From: Dehalococcoidales bacterium | GTDB taxonomy: Bacteria; Chloroflexota; Dehalococcoidia; Dehalococcoidales; RBG-16-60-22 | DNA: 64,000 nt | Assembly: GCA_034434915.1 (NCBI GenBank) | Contig: DAOTYE010000004.1 | Location: forward strand, 10,206 to 74,205 | Direction of reading: 5' to 3' | In this document: positions 16,339 through 25,390 of the stretch, in pieces | Layout: the number at the start of each line of letters is the position of its first letter | Position numbering within the stretch: the first letter of the stretch is position 1 | Program-made: the position numbers and the translations under genes | The notes under the pieces: generated by a model | Database searches by the model: none | What the model was told of the DNA's origin: nothing | Seen by the model: only the letters and a program-made list of their open reading frames with translations

Positions 16339-16923
16339 ATGCCACAAAAAATCGGTGAAATCATAGAAACCTCCACTCCCTCCTTCACCGCCCAGTGCTA
16401 CGAGCTGTACGGACTGCCGCCGCTGGGCAGTCTGGTAAAGACGCAGGACAAGTCTGCGGAGCTTTACGGCATCGTCTATCACGCCTGCACTGCCAGCCTT
16501 GAGCCGGGCAGAAAGCCAATCGCCCGCGGCAAAGATGAGGCGACTGAGGAAGCTATCTATAAATCAAACCCTCAGCTTACCAAGCTCCTCCGCAGTGAGT
16601 TCTCGGCGCTGGTGGTGGGACATAAGACAGGAGATAAGCTCTATCACTATCTTCCCCCCACCCCTGCCCGCATCCACAGCTTTGTCTATGCCTGCGCACC
16701 AGAGGAGGTGAAGGTTTTCAGTGAGTCGCTGGGCTTCCTGAGCATCCTCACCACCGCCCGCTTGCCCATCGCCCCGGACGAGCTTATTGCCGCCGCCCTG
16801 CGCCAGATGGCACAGGCTCATGATGATGCGCAGGCGTTCCTGGTCCGGGCAGGGAAAGAGCTTGCTGTCCTGCTCAGCGGGCAGTTTCCAGTGGTGAAAT
16901 CAATCCTCGGGAGGCTAAAGTGA
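16339..16923 (+). CDS. Stand-alone HAS-barrel-like protein (194 aa), uncharacterised
   Basis: SD AGGAG 7 nt upstream. The pattern IGEIIETSTPSFTAQ...LGSLVKT...ELYGIVY...FSALVVGH...PPTPARIHSFVYACAPEEV parallels the N-terminal HAS-barrel of the adjacent HerA. Stop overlaps the herA start (GTGA). Confidence 0.5.
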   Translation: MPQKIGEIIETSTPSFTAQCYELYGLPPLGSLVKTQDKSAELYGIVYHACTASLEPGRKPIARGKDEATEEAIYKSNPQLTKLLRSEFSALVVGHKTGDKLYHYLPPTPARIHSFVYACAPEEVKVFSESLGFLSILTTARLPIAPDELIAAALRQMAQAHDDAQAFLVRAGKELAVLLSGQFPVVKSILGRLK

Positions 16924-18539
16924 ACGAGCAAAACAGACAGAGGCTGGGCATAGTCGTCGCGGGGTCGCTGGAAGAGGGAATTGACGTCAGGCTGGATGGA
17001 GGCGTCTCCGTGGAGGACATGGCGGTGGGGCGCTATGTCACCATTGAAGGACAGAAACAGCGCTTCTTCGCCATGATTACCGATGTCAGCCTGGGGGTGA
17101 CGGACCCCTCCCTCACCCTCACACCGCCTGACGTGAGCGACCCCTTCATGGCTCAGGTTCTCGCGGGCACCAGCACCTACGGCACGCTTCATGTGTCTCC
17201 CTATCTTACCATCGGCGGGGTGGCTGGCTCCGGGGAGGAAATCAAGCCGGTCAAGACGGTGCCATCGCATTATTCAGCGGTCTATTTAGCCTCGCAGGCA
17301 GATGTTGAGCTGGTCTTCGGCAAAGAGGATGAGAGGCGGTTCTACATCGGCACGCCGCTGGACATGGAGACCAAAATCTGCCTTGACCTGCCTGAGTTTG
17401 TCAAGCGCAGTAATGGCATCTTCGGCAAAAGCGGCACGGGCAAGACTTTCCTTACCCGTATCCTGCTCATCGGCATGTTGCAGAAGAGCGCCGCGGTCAA
17501 CCTGATTTTTGACATGCACAGCGAGTACGGCTGGGCGGGTACAAGCGAGGGGGGCAAATCGGTCAAGGCGCTGAAACAGCTCTTCCCGTCAAAGGTCGCC
17601 GTCTTCACCCTTGATGAGGAAAGCTCAAAGCGGCGCAAGGTGAGCACGGACTTCGTCGTCCGCATCGGCTACGATGAGATTGAGCCGGAGGACATGGCGC
17701 TCCTGCGCCAGACGCTCAACCTCACCGAGCTGGCGACCGAAGCCACCTACCAATTGAGGCGCATCTATGGCAAAAACTGGATTCAGAAAACTATTGATTT
17801 GAAAGACGAGGAACAAATAAAAGCACTGCTTGAAGAGACCAAAATCCATGAGAGCACCTTCCAGAGCTTACAGCGCAGTCTGGCGACCATCGCCCGCCTG
17901 CCGTTCCTTGTGCCGCAGGCGCCGGAGAACACCTGCGACCGCATTCTGGGCTACCTTGACCGGGGCATCAACGTGGTGCTGGAGTTCGGCAGGTATACGG
18001 ACATCACCGCCTATATCCTCGTCGCCAACCTGCTCACCCGCCGCATCTACGCCCGCTACCGTGACCGCACTGAAAAAGCGATGGGCGAAGATACCGCCAA
18101 GCCCACGCCGCTGGTCATCACCATTGAGGAAGCACACAAGTTCCTAAATCCGGAGGTCGCCAGCCAGACCATCTTCGGCACCATTGCCCGCGAGATGCGC
18201 AAGTACAACTGCACCCTCCTCGTCATAGACCAGCGTCCCAGCGGCATAGATTCCGAGGTCATGTCCCAGCTCGGCACTAAAATCACCTGCCTCCTAGACA
18301 ATGAGCGAGACATTGACAGCGTCCTCGCCGGCGTCTCCGGCAAAAATGAGCTGAGGGGAGTGCTTGCCCGGCTTGAGTCCAGACAGCAAGCTCTCATCTT
18401 TGGTCATGCCGTGCCCATGCCCATCGTCGTCCGCACACGGGAATACGGCTCGCCGCAGTCCTACCGCGAATTCATGAGCGGCGAGCGCCCTGAAGCAAAA
18501 GACAAAACAGGCAAAGAGCTTGAAGACCTGTGGGGTTAG
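16920..18539 (+). CDS. herA: HerA-type (FtsK/HerA superfamily, DUF87) hexameric ATPase
   Basis: N-terminal barrel LGIVVAGS...VGRYVTIEG...FFAMITDV. Walker A GKSGTGKT, Walker B VITIEEAHKF, and LLVIDQRPSG. Confidence 0.8.
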   Translation: MNEQNRQRLGIVVAGSLEEGIDVRLDGGVSVEDMAVGRYVTIEGQKQRFFAMITDVSLGVTDPSLTLTPPDVSDPFMAQVLAGTSTYGTLHVSPYLTIGGVAGSGEEIKPVKTVPSHYSAVYLASQADVELVFGKEDERRFYIGTPLDMETKICLDLPEFVKRSNGIFGKSGTGKTFLTRILLIGMLQKSAAVNLIFDMHSEYGWAGTSEGGKSVKALKQLFPSKVAVFTLDEESSKRRKVSTDFVVRIGYDEIEPEDMALLRQTLNLTELATEATYQLRRIYGKNWIQKTIDLKDEEQIKALLEETKIHESTFQSLQRSLATIARLPFLVPQAPENTCDRILGYLDRGINVVLEFGRYTDITAYILVANLLTRRIYARYRDRTEKAMGEDTAKPTPLVITIEEAHKFLNPEVASQTIFGTIAREMRKYNCTLLVIDQRPSGIDSEVMSQLGTKITCLLDNERDIDSVLAGVSGKNELRGVLARLESRQQALIFGHAVPMPIVVRTREYGSPQSYREFMSGERPEAKDKTGKELEDLWG

Positions 18540-18544
18540 CATTA

Positions 18545-19378
18545 ATGAGCGCGATATCAGGCAGAAAAAAGATAGGCTTAGCGCTGGGGGGAGGGGCGGC
18601 GCGGGGACTGGCGCACATCGGCGTGCTGAGTGTGCTGGAAAAAGAAGACGTCCCGGTGGACCTTATCGCCGGCACCAGTATCGGCTCAGTGGTGGGTTCG
18701 CTCTACGCCCGTCTTAAAAGCGCTGACTATCTGAAAACAGCGGTGGTAAACATGGACCTGCGGCAGTGGGCGCATCTGGTGGACCCGGCACTGCCTCATC
18801 GCGGTCTCATCAAGGGTAAAAGAATTATTAATTTGCTCAAGGCTCACCTTGGCGGCGATATTGATTTCAAAGGTTTGAATATCCCCTTCGCCTGCGTGGC
18901 AACTGATATCTTCACCGGCGATGAAATTGTTATCAACGATGGCAAGGTGCTGGAGGCAGTCCGCGCCAGCATCTCAATCCCCGCGGTATTCACAGTAGCG
19001 AAGTGGAAAAACCGCTACCTCGCCGACGGTGGCTTGGTCAACCCGGTGCCGGTCAGCGTGGTAAGAAAGATGGGAGCAGATTTCATCATCGCCGTCAATG
19101 TCATTCCGGACCCGTCTGACCGCCGTCACCAGCCAACCGAAGAGCAGATGAAAAAGATAAAAGAGCCTAATCTGCTGGAGACTGTCCTGCGCTCTATCTA
19201 CATCACCACATTTGCCTTAACCAAGAATAGTCTGAAGATGGCGGATGTGGGGATTGAGCCCCACGTGGGGCACATTGGTGTTGCGGAGTTTCACCGCGCC
19301 TCGGACCTCGTCTACCTCGGTGAAATCGCGGCACGGGACGCACTCCCTGAAATCAAAAGGAGATTAGCCCGTCTCTAA
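18545..19378 (+). CDS. Patatin-like phospholipase
   Basis: GGGAARG oxyanion motif, GTSIG nucleophile elbow, catalytic ADGG. The start is either ATG 18545 (5 nt after the herA stop) or GTG 18530 (overlapping herA by 10 nt). Confidence 0.85.
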   Translation: MSAISGRKKIGLALGGGAARGLAHIGVLSVLEKEDVPVDLIAGTSIGSVVGSLYARLKSADYLKTAVVNMDLRQWAHLVDPALPHRGLIKGKRIINLLKAHLGGDIDFKGLNIPFACVATDIFTGDEIVINDGKVLEAVRASISIPAVFTVAKWKNRYLADGGLVNPVPVSVVRKMGADFIIAVNVIPDPSDRRHQPTEEQMKKIKEPNLLETVLRSIYITTFALTKNSLKMADVGIEPHVGHIGVAEFHRASDLVYLGEIAARDALPEIKRRLARL

Positions 19379-19393
19379 TCCTGAGGAAAATTC

Positions 19394-20635
19394 GTGAATG
19401 ATGCCCAGATACGCTCCGGCAAGCAGGGGACCCTAGCCGCATGGCAATATCCCCAGCTCAGGCTCTTGCTCGTCTCATCGCTCGGCACGTTCATCGGGCG
19501 CTGGATAGAGACTGTGGTGGGCACGTGGCTCATTCTGGAGCTGACTGGCTCTTCCTTCATGGTCGGTTTGCTTGGCGTCTGCCGCTTTGCCGGCATGGCG
19601 CTGGGACCGCTGTGCGGCGCCGTTGCCGACCGCGTTGACCGCCGGCGGCTTTTGCTCACCGTGCAGATGACTTATGCTATATCCGCGCTTATCATCCTGA
19701 CCCTCTTTGTTTTCAGACAGCTTGATGCCTGGCACCTTTTTCTCTTCACCATCATCGGTGGGATATGTTATAGCTTTGACTACAGCACAAGGTACGTTGT
19801 CGCCGCAGACCTGGTGAAAGGTGAGCACCTTATCTCGGCAATTTCGCTCGTCATTGTCGTCAACAGCGGCACTGCGGTGCTCGGTCCGCTCATGGGTGGG
19901 AGCCTGCTGGAAATTATCGGTACAGAGGGCTGCTTTGCGCTAATTGCAGTGAGCTTTCTGGTCTCATACTTTTCTCTTTTCTGCATGAAAACTCCTCTCA
20001 AAGCAAGATTGAAAACAGAAGCGCCCTTCTGGAAAAATATTGTTGACGGCTTCATCTATATCAAAAACCACCGGGCAGTGCTGGCGCTCATCCTGCTGGC
20101 GGCAATGGCTAATCTCTTCATTTTCTCTTACTGGTTCACCCTCATTCCTATCTTTGCCCGCGACATCCTGATGACTGACGCCACCGGTTACGGTCTGCTC
20201 ATGGCGGCAGTGGGACTGGGCTCAGCAGTGGGCTCACTGGCTGCCGGGCGGGTTTCAAAAGGCAGTGAAGGCGGCAGGCTGGTGGTTATCTCTGTCCTGG
20301 CATGGCCCGTGGTCCTGCTCATTTTCGCCTTTTCACGTCTTTTTCCGCTGTCATTCGCCCTCCTGCTCTTTGCCGGGGCGGCTCAGGGGCTAGCCATGAC
20401 CCTGATACAGGCACTCATTCTCATCTGGTCGGCGGAAGATATGCGCGGCAGAGTCTCAGGAGCGAGGGGTTTCGCCATTGGTCCGCTTCTACTGGGAAAT
20501 CTATTTGCCGGCGCCGGTGCCAGCCTTATGGGAGCACCAATGACGCTTATTCTCAATGCATCGCTGGCAATAATCGTTACCATCGTCATCATTGCCTGGG
20601 CGGTTGAGCTACGTCATGGTAAAAGTCCGGCTTAG
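19394..20635 (+). CDS. MFS transporter
   Basis: 413 aa, about 12 hydrophobic segments. GTG start after a GAGGAAA SD. MFS-like loop GAVADRVDRRR. Confidence 0.75.
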   Translation: MNDAQIRSGKQGTLAAWQYPQLRLLLVSSLGTFIGRWIETVVGTWLILELTGSSFMVGLLGVCRFAGMALGPLCGAVADRVDRRRLLLTVQMTYAISALIILTLFVFRQLDAWHLFLFTIIGGICYSFDYSTRYVVAADLVKGEHLISAISLVIVVNSGTAVLGPLMGGSLLEIIGTEGCFALIAVSFLVSYFSLFCMKTPLKARLKTEAPFWKNIVDGFIYIKNHRAVLALILLAAMANLFIFSYWFTLIPIFARDILMTDATGYGLLMAAVGLGSAVGSLAAGRVSKGSEGGRLVVISVLAWPVVLLIFAFSRLFPLSFALLLFAGAAQGLAMTLIQALILIWSAEDMRGRVSGARGFAIGPLLLGNLFAGAGASLMGAPMTLILNASLAIIVTIVIIAWAVELRHGKSPA

Positions 20636-20667
20636 CGCTCTCATGTCATCCTCATAGCAACCTCATT

Positions 20668-20696
20668 TTGACAACAGCAGGTCTTTCAGTTATACT
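20668..20696 (+). promoter_or_regulatory. Sigma70-type promoter of the fur-FTR1-feoAB operon
   Basis: TTGACA (20668-20673), 17 nt spacer, TATACT (20691-20696), followed immediately by TATAAT. Confidence 0.7.
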
Positions 20697-20702
20697 TATA
20701 AT

Positions 20703-20717
20703 TGCAAATGATTTGCA
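20703..20717. promoter_or_regulatory. Perfect palindrome, candidate Fur operator
   Basis: TGCAAAT-G-ATTTGCA (7-1-7) lies immediately downstream of the -10 and 12 nt before the fur ATG. Confidence 0.6.
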
Positions 20718-20728
20718 TGAGCATATAG

Positions 20729-21157
20729 ATGAAGAGCATATCAATAATGAGCCGCAAGACTCTGAACAAGGCAGGTATGAGGGTCACCAGCCAGCGCGCT
20801 CTCATTTTGAGCATTATCCGGCAGGGACACCTTGACGCTGATGAAATCTACCGCCGCGCTAAAGAGCAAGAACCTCACCTCAGCCTCTCCACCGTCTACC
20901 GCACCCTTCAGAAACTCAAGGGTTCGGGGCTGGTGGACGAGCTCCATTTTGATGAATCACATCATCATTATGAGGTGAAACCCAGCACAGAGCACCACCA
21001 CCTTGTCTGTCTGGGATGCGGGCGCGTCACAGAATTTCACCAGCCGCTGTCCCGCATTATTCATGAAAACGTGCCAGAAGCAAAAGGCTTTGACATCGCG
21101 GAAACAGAGGTCCGTGTCACCGGCTACTGCGAAAGCTGTCGCAAGAAACGGAAATAG
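20729..21157 (+). CDS. fur: Fur family metalloregulator
   Basis: RVTSQRALIL... DNA-binding helix, HHHYE...HHHLVCLGCG and CESC metal sites. Confidence 0.85.
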   Translation: MKSISIMSRKTLNKAGMRVTSQRALILSIIRQGHLDADEIYRRAKEQEPHLSLSTVYRTLQKLKGSGLVDELHFDESHHHYEVKPSTEHHHLVCLGCGRVTEFHQPLSRIIHENVPEAKGFDIAETEVRVTGYCESCRKKRK

Positions 21158-21176
21158 GGATGGGAGGTGGAGGAAA

Positions 21177-22016
21177 ATGCTTGGTTCACTGTTAATTACA
21201 CTGCGTGAGGGGCTGGAAGCCGCTCTTATCATTGGCATCATTCTGGCATATCTGGACAGGACAGGTAACCGCAAAGGTTTTAAACATGTCTGGGTGGGGA
21301 CGACGCTGGCAGTTGCATTGAGCATCGCGGCGGGGGCGGCGATTTACCTCATCGCCGGGGAGATGAGCGGAGCGGCGGAGGAGATTTTTGAAGGTCTGGC
21401 AATGTTTCTTGCCGCCGGCATCCTTACCTGGATGATTTTCTGGATGCGCAAACAGGCAGTCAATATCAAAGCCCATCTGCACGCTCAGGTGCAGTCAGCA
21501 CTCACCAGCGGCTCATCTCTGGCGCTGGTGCTTCTCACTTTCTTCGTCGTCATCCGCGAGGGAATTGAGACGGTGCTTTTCCTCTTTGCCGCAACGCGGG
21601 TAGCGGAGTCCCCTGCCCTGTTTACTGCCGGCGGTCTGCTCGGGCTGGTAATGGCTGTCTTGCTGGGATGGAGCATCTATAAAGGTTCGGCGCACCTCAA
21701 CTTGAGAGCCTTCTTCAATGTGACCAGCATCGTGCTCATTGTTTTTGCCGCCGGGCTACTGGCTCACGGCATGCATGAGCTTCATGAAACGAACGTTATC
21801 CCACCCATTATTGAGCACTTGTGGGACATCAATCACATTGTCCCGGAGCAATCTGTCTTAGGGCGATTTTTGACCGCTCTCACCGGGTACAATGCCAACC
21901 CGTCCCTGTTAGAAGCAGTTGTCTACGGCGTTTACCTGGTGGCGGCTTTCCTGCTGTATTTCCGTCCTGCTGGTAAAAAAGTAACTCTCGGGACAACAAA
22001 GGGTATAACCGTATAG
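21177..22016 (+). CDS. FTR1/EfeU-family iron permease
   Basis: Two REGxE motifs (REGLEAAL, REGIETVL). Start moved to ATG 21177, after a GGGAGGTGGAGG SD. The ORF extension back to 21003 overlaps fur. Confidence 0.8.
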   Translation: MLGSLLITLREGLEAALIIGIILAYLDRTGNRKGFKHVWVGTTLAVALSIAAGAAIYLIAGEMSGAAEEIFEGLAMFLAAGILTWMIFWMRKQAVNIKAHLHAQVQSALTSGSSLALVLLTFFVVIREGIETVLFLFAATRVAESPALFTAGGLLGLVMAVLLGWSIYKGSAHLNLRAFFNVTSIVLIVFAAGLLAHGMHELHETNVIPPIIEHLWDINHIVPEQSVLGRFLTALTGYNANPSLLEAVVYGVYLVAAFLLYFRPAGKKVTLGTTKGITV

Positions 22017-22032
22017 CAATTTGGGGAAAACT

Positions 22033-22311
22033 ATGTCTGATATGAAGCTGGTAACCCTGCGAAAAATGAAAGCCGGACAGTCCGGGAAAATCATAGAAAT
22101 CCACGGTGGTCAAGGCCTGGTGAACCGGCTTGATGCCCTGGGCATCAGAACTGGAGGCACCATTAAAAAGCTCAGCTCAATGGTCATGCGCGGACCGGTA
22201 ACGGTGCAATGCGGACGCACCTGCGTGGCGATTGGCTGTGGCATGGCGGATAAGATAATCGTGGAGCTGGATTCTAATAAAGATGAAAATCCTCCTGATG
22301 GGCAATCCTAA
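22033..22311 (+). CDS. feoA: FeoA-domain protein
   Basis: SH3-like FeoA pattern: LRKMKAGQSGKIIEI...LDALGIRTGGTI. Confidence 0.8.
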   Translation: MSDMKLVTLRKMKAGQSGKIIEIHGGQGLVNRLDALGIRTGGTIKKLSSMVMRGPVTVQCGRTCVAIGCGMADKIIVELDSNKDENPPDGQS

Positions 22312-23998
22312 TGTCGGTAAGAGCGTCATCTTCTCCCGGCTGACCGGCGTGCAGGTCATCTCCGCCAACTACCCCGGCACCACAGTGGGGTACACCCGCG
22401 GCACAATGAAACTGGGTGATGCGGAGGTGGAAGTCATTGATGTGCCCGGCACATACAGCCTTGAGCCCACCTCTGAGGCAGAGGAAATCGCCCGCAAGAT
22501 GCTCCAGACGGGCGATGTTATCATCAACATCGTTGACGCCACCAACCTGGAAAGAAACCTCAATCTCACCCTGCAACTGCTGGAACAAGACAAACCGGTG
22601 CTCATCGCTCTCAACATGTGGGATGACGTTACTCATAAAGGCATCCAGATTGACCTCAAAAAGCTGGAAAAACTACTCGGCGTGCCTATTGTCCCCACTG
22701 TAGCCACCAGCGGGCAGGGCATCAAGGAGCTTGTGGAAAGCATTCCCCTTGCCCGCGCCGTGAAGCTCCCGCCTAAAACCCGCGCTGAGCGCTGGACGGA
22801 TATTGGCGCCATCGTCAACCAGGTACAGAAGGTGACGCACCGCCACCACACCTTGCTTGAGCGGCTGGAAGATGCCAGTGTCAAGCCCCTCAGCGGCGTC
22901 ATCATCGCCAGCATCGTCCTCCTGGGGGCATTCGCGCTTGTCCGTCTCATCGGTGAAGGACTTATCACCTACGTCTTTGACCCCTTTTTCAATAACCTGT
23001 GGGCGCCGGTCATCCACTGGCTGAGCAATGCCCTCGGCGGCAAAGGCATCCTCCACATGATTCTCGTGGGACAGGTAAATAGCGGCGTGATAGACTTTGA
23101 GACCTCCATGGGACTGCTGACCACAGCGCTTTATATTGAATTTGCCATCGTCCTCCCGTACATCTTGGCATTCTATCTCATGCTAGGTGTGCTGGAAGAC
23201 ACGGGCTACCTGCCGCGCCTGGCAATTCTCCTTGATACCTTCATGCACCGCGTGGGACTGCACGGGTACGCCATCATTCCCAGCCTCCTGGGACTGGGGT
23301 GTAACGTGCCCGCAGTCTTGGCGACCCGCATTCTGGAGAGCAAACGGGAAAGGTTCATCGCCGCCACGCTTATTTCTATTGCCGTCCCCTGCGCCGCCCT
23401 TCAGGCAATGATAATCGGGCTGGTAGGCGAGCGCGGCGCGCAGTACGTGGCGCTGGTCTATGGAACGCTATTCACTGTCTGGATAGTGATTGGCTTCATT
23501 CTGAACCGGCTTCTGAAAGGCGCCAGCCCGGAGCTTCTCATTGAGATACCCCCCTACCGCCTCCCCCAGTGGCGGGCGACTTTTCAAAAACTGTGGATGA
23601 GGGCTCTCGGCTTTCTTAAAGAAGCTCTGCCCATAGTGATGGCAGCCATCCTGGTGGTGAACTTGCTTTTCAGCCTGGGTGTTTTCACCCACATCGCTAA
23701 CTTTGCCGCACCGGTCATCACCGGTCTCATGGGATTACCTAAAGAAGCCGTCATTGCCATCGTGCTCGGCTTCCTGCGGAAGGACGTGGCAATGGGCATG
23801 CTGGCACCGCTGGCGCTCAACTCAGCGCAACTGGTTATCGCCAGCGTGTTATTAGCCATGACTTTTCCCTGCATCGCCACCTTTGTGGTGCTCACCAGGG
23901 AACTGGGGATGGCAAACATGCTCAAAGCTACGGTGATAATGATAGCCTCAGCGCTTTTCATGGGCGGAGTGTTAAACCTGATTCTCCAAGCCGCCTGA
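22283..23998 (+). CDS. feoB: Ferrous iron transporter FeoB
   Basis: N-terminal G-domain [18 protein letters not shown], followed by a polytopic membrane domain. Confidence 0.9.
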   Translation: MKILLMGNPNVGKSVIFSRLTGVQVISANYPGTTVGYTRGTMKLGDAEVEVIDVPGTYSLEPTSEAEEIARKMLQTGDVIINIVDATNLERNLNLTLQLLEQDKPVLIALNMWDDVTHKGIQIDLKKLEKLLGVPIVPTVATSGQGIKELVESIPLARAVKLPPKTRAERWTDIGAIVNQVQKVTHRHHTLLERLEDASVKPLSGVIIASIVLLGAFALVRLIGEGLITYVFDPFFNNLWAPVIHWLSNALGGKGILHMILVGQVNSGVIDFETSMGLLTTALYIEFAIVLPYILAFYLMLGVLEDTGYLPRLAILLDTFMHRVGLHGYAIIPSLLGLGCNVPAVLATRILESKRERFIAATLISIAVPCAALQAMIIGLVGERGAQYVALVYGTLFTVWIVIGFILNRLLKGASPELLIEIPPYRLPQWRATFQKLWMRALGFLKEALPIVMAAILVVNLLFSLGVFTHIANFAAPVITGLMGLPKEAVIAIVLGFLRKDVAMGMLAPLALNSAQLVIASVLLAMTFPCIATFVVLTRELGMANMLKATVIMIASALFMGGVLNLILQAA

Positions 23999-24121
23999 CC
24001 TGTTGTTCCGCAAATCCTGTTTCCCAGCTAACTCAGAGACATCTTTTGCGTGATACCATCAGCAATACCAGCCCGAAAGGCGCTCCGGGCAACAGGTTGA
24101 AGTTACCCCAGAGCAAACGTA

Positions 24122-24151
24122 TTGAATGTTAGGTTAAAAGTGTTGTATTAT
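24122..24151 (+). promoter_or_regulatory. Candidate promoter of the NEW3/ABC operon
   Basis: TTGAAT (24122-24127), 18 nt spacer, TATTAT (24146-24151), in an AT-rich tract. Confidence 0.4.
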
Positions 24152-24196
24152 AATCGTTTAGATTAAGATAAGTACAGATGAGGTGAGGTTTAAGTT

Positions 24197-25387
24197 ATGA
24201 AAATGGCACGCATTCTCTGTCTTTTCGTCATCTGTCTGATGGCGCTGGCTCCGGCGCATGCTGTCTTCGCCCAGCAACCAATGCTGACGGTGAAACCGCA
24301 TGATGGCCGCTACAATACTGAGATAGTAGCGGGGAATGAGTATCCTTTCACTTTTGACATTGAAAATACCGGCACGCAGGCAATCTCCAATGCTACCTTC
24401 TCTGCTGATTTTCCCGGTGGCTGGACAGTGAAGTTTGACCCGGCGGGCTTTGCCACGGTCAATGCCTTTGAAAAGAAAAGGGTAGATGCCAATATTACTG
24501 TGCCCAAAGATACCACCGCTGGCGACTATATTGTGACCATTAAAGTGACCGCCGCCGGAGTCCCTGAGGTTAAGATGGATATCCGGGTCACTGTAAGGGT
24601 GCCCGTAGTAGAGCCGAAGGTTGAGATGAGAGCCCTTTATCCTACCCTCTCCGGCATTGCCGGCGAACAACTGGTCTTTGAGGTGGAGTTCCTCTATACC
24701 GCCGCCTCTCTCACTGCCGAGCCGATAACACTAAATCTCTCCACCAAGGCTCCTCCCAAGTGGACGATAGAGATGACGCCGCCCTATGAGAAAGAAAAGA
24801 AGCTCTCTGCCATCACCTTGAAGCCCGGCTTCACCTTTGGTGACAAAATCAGGGTGGCGGTAACCCCGCCCTTCCTGCCTCTCCCTGAGCCGGGCGAATA
24901 TCCCATAACTCTGACCGCTGACTCCGGGCAATTCCATGCAACGATTAATCTGAAGGCGGTCATCACCGCACGCTATAACCTGACCCTTATCCCTTCCAAT
25001 GAGCGTTACAATATGAAAGCGCGCGCCGGCAGGGAAAACGCTTTCTCAATTGAAGTAGGCAATATGGGCACGGCGCCGGTGGACAAAATCAACTTCACCT
25101 CCACCAAGCCCTCCGGATGGACCGTAGAGTTCAAGCCGAAAGAGCTTGAGAGCGTGGCGGCACTGGATTACACCACGGTTGAAGTAATTGTTAAACCGCC
25201 ACCTGAGACCATCGCTGGCGATTATCAGATAAGCATCCGGGCTTCCGGCACCCAGGCCACTGCTCAGGAAATGCAAATCAGGGTTACCGTGGAAACGCCC
25301 ACCCTCTGGGGCTGGATAGGCGTGGCGATTATCGCGGTGGTGATTGGCGGCTTAATCTTCATCTTTATGCGGTTCAGCAGGCGGTAA
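24197..25387 (+). CDS. Exported NEW3/CARDB-like repeat protein with C-terminal membrane anchor (COG1470-like)
   Basis: Signal peptide ...LAPAHAVFA. Repeated modules (NTGTQAISNATFSADFPGGWTVKFDP..AGDYIVTIKV and NMGTAPVDKINFTSTKPSGWTVEFKP..AGDYQISIRA). C-terminal TM followed by RFSRR. Confidence 0.7.
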   Translation: MKMARILCLFVICLMALAPAHAVFAQQPMLTVKPHDGRYNTEIVAGNEYPFTFDIENTGTQAISNATFSADFPGGWTVKFDPAGFATVNAFEKKRVDANITVPKDTTAGDYIVTIKVTAAGVPEVKMDIRVTVRVPVVEPKVEMRALYPTLSGIAGEQLVFEVEFLYTAASLTAEPITLNLSTKAPPKWTIEMTPPYEKEKKLSAITLKPGFTFGDKIRVAVTPPFLPLPEPGEYPITLTADSGQFHATINLKAVITARYNLTLIPSNERYNMKARAGRENAFSIEVGNMGTAPVDKINFTSTKPSGWTVEFKPKELESVAALDYTTVEVIVKPPPETIAGDYQISIRASGTQATAQEMQIRVTVETPTLWGWIGVAIIAVVIGGLIFIFMRFSRR

Positions 25388-25390
25388 GCC

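Noticed and set aside
21003-21176. A 58-codon N-terminal extension of the FTR1 ORF that overlaps fur.
   Set aside because: The extension is out of frame with fur and has no SD. The conserved permease N-terminus starts at ATG 21177, right after a strong GGGAGGTGGAGG SD.
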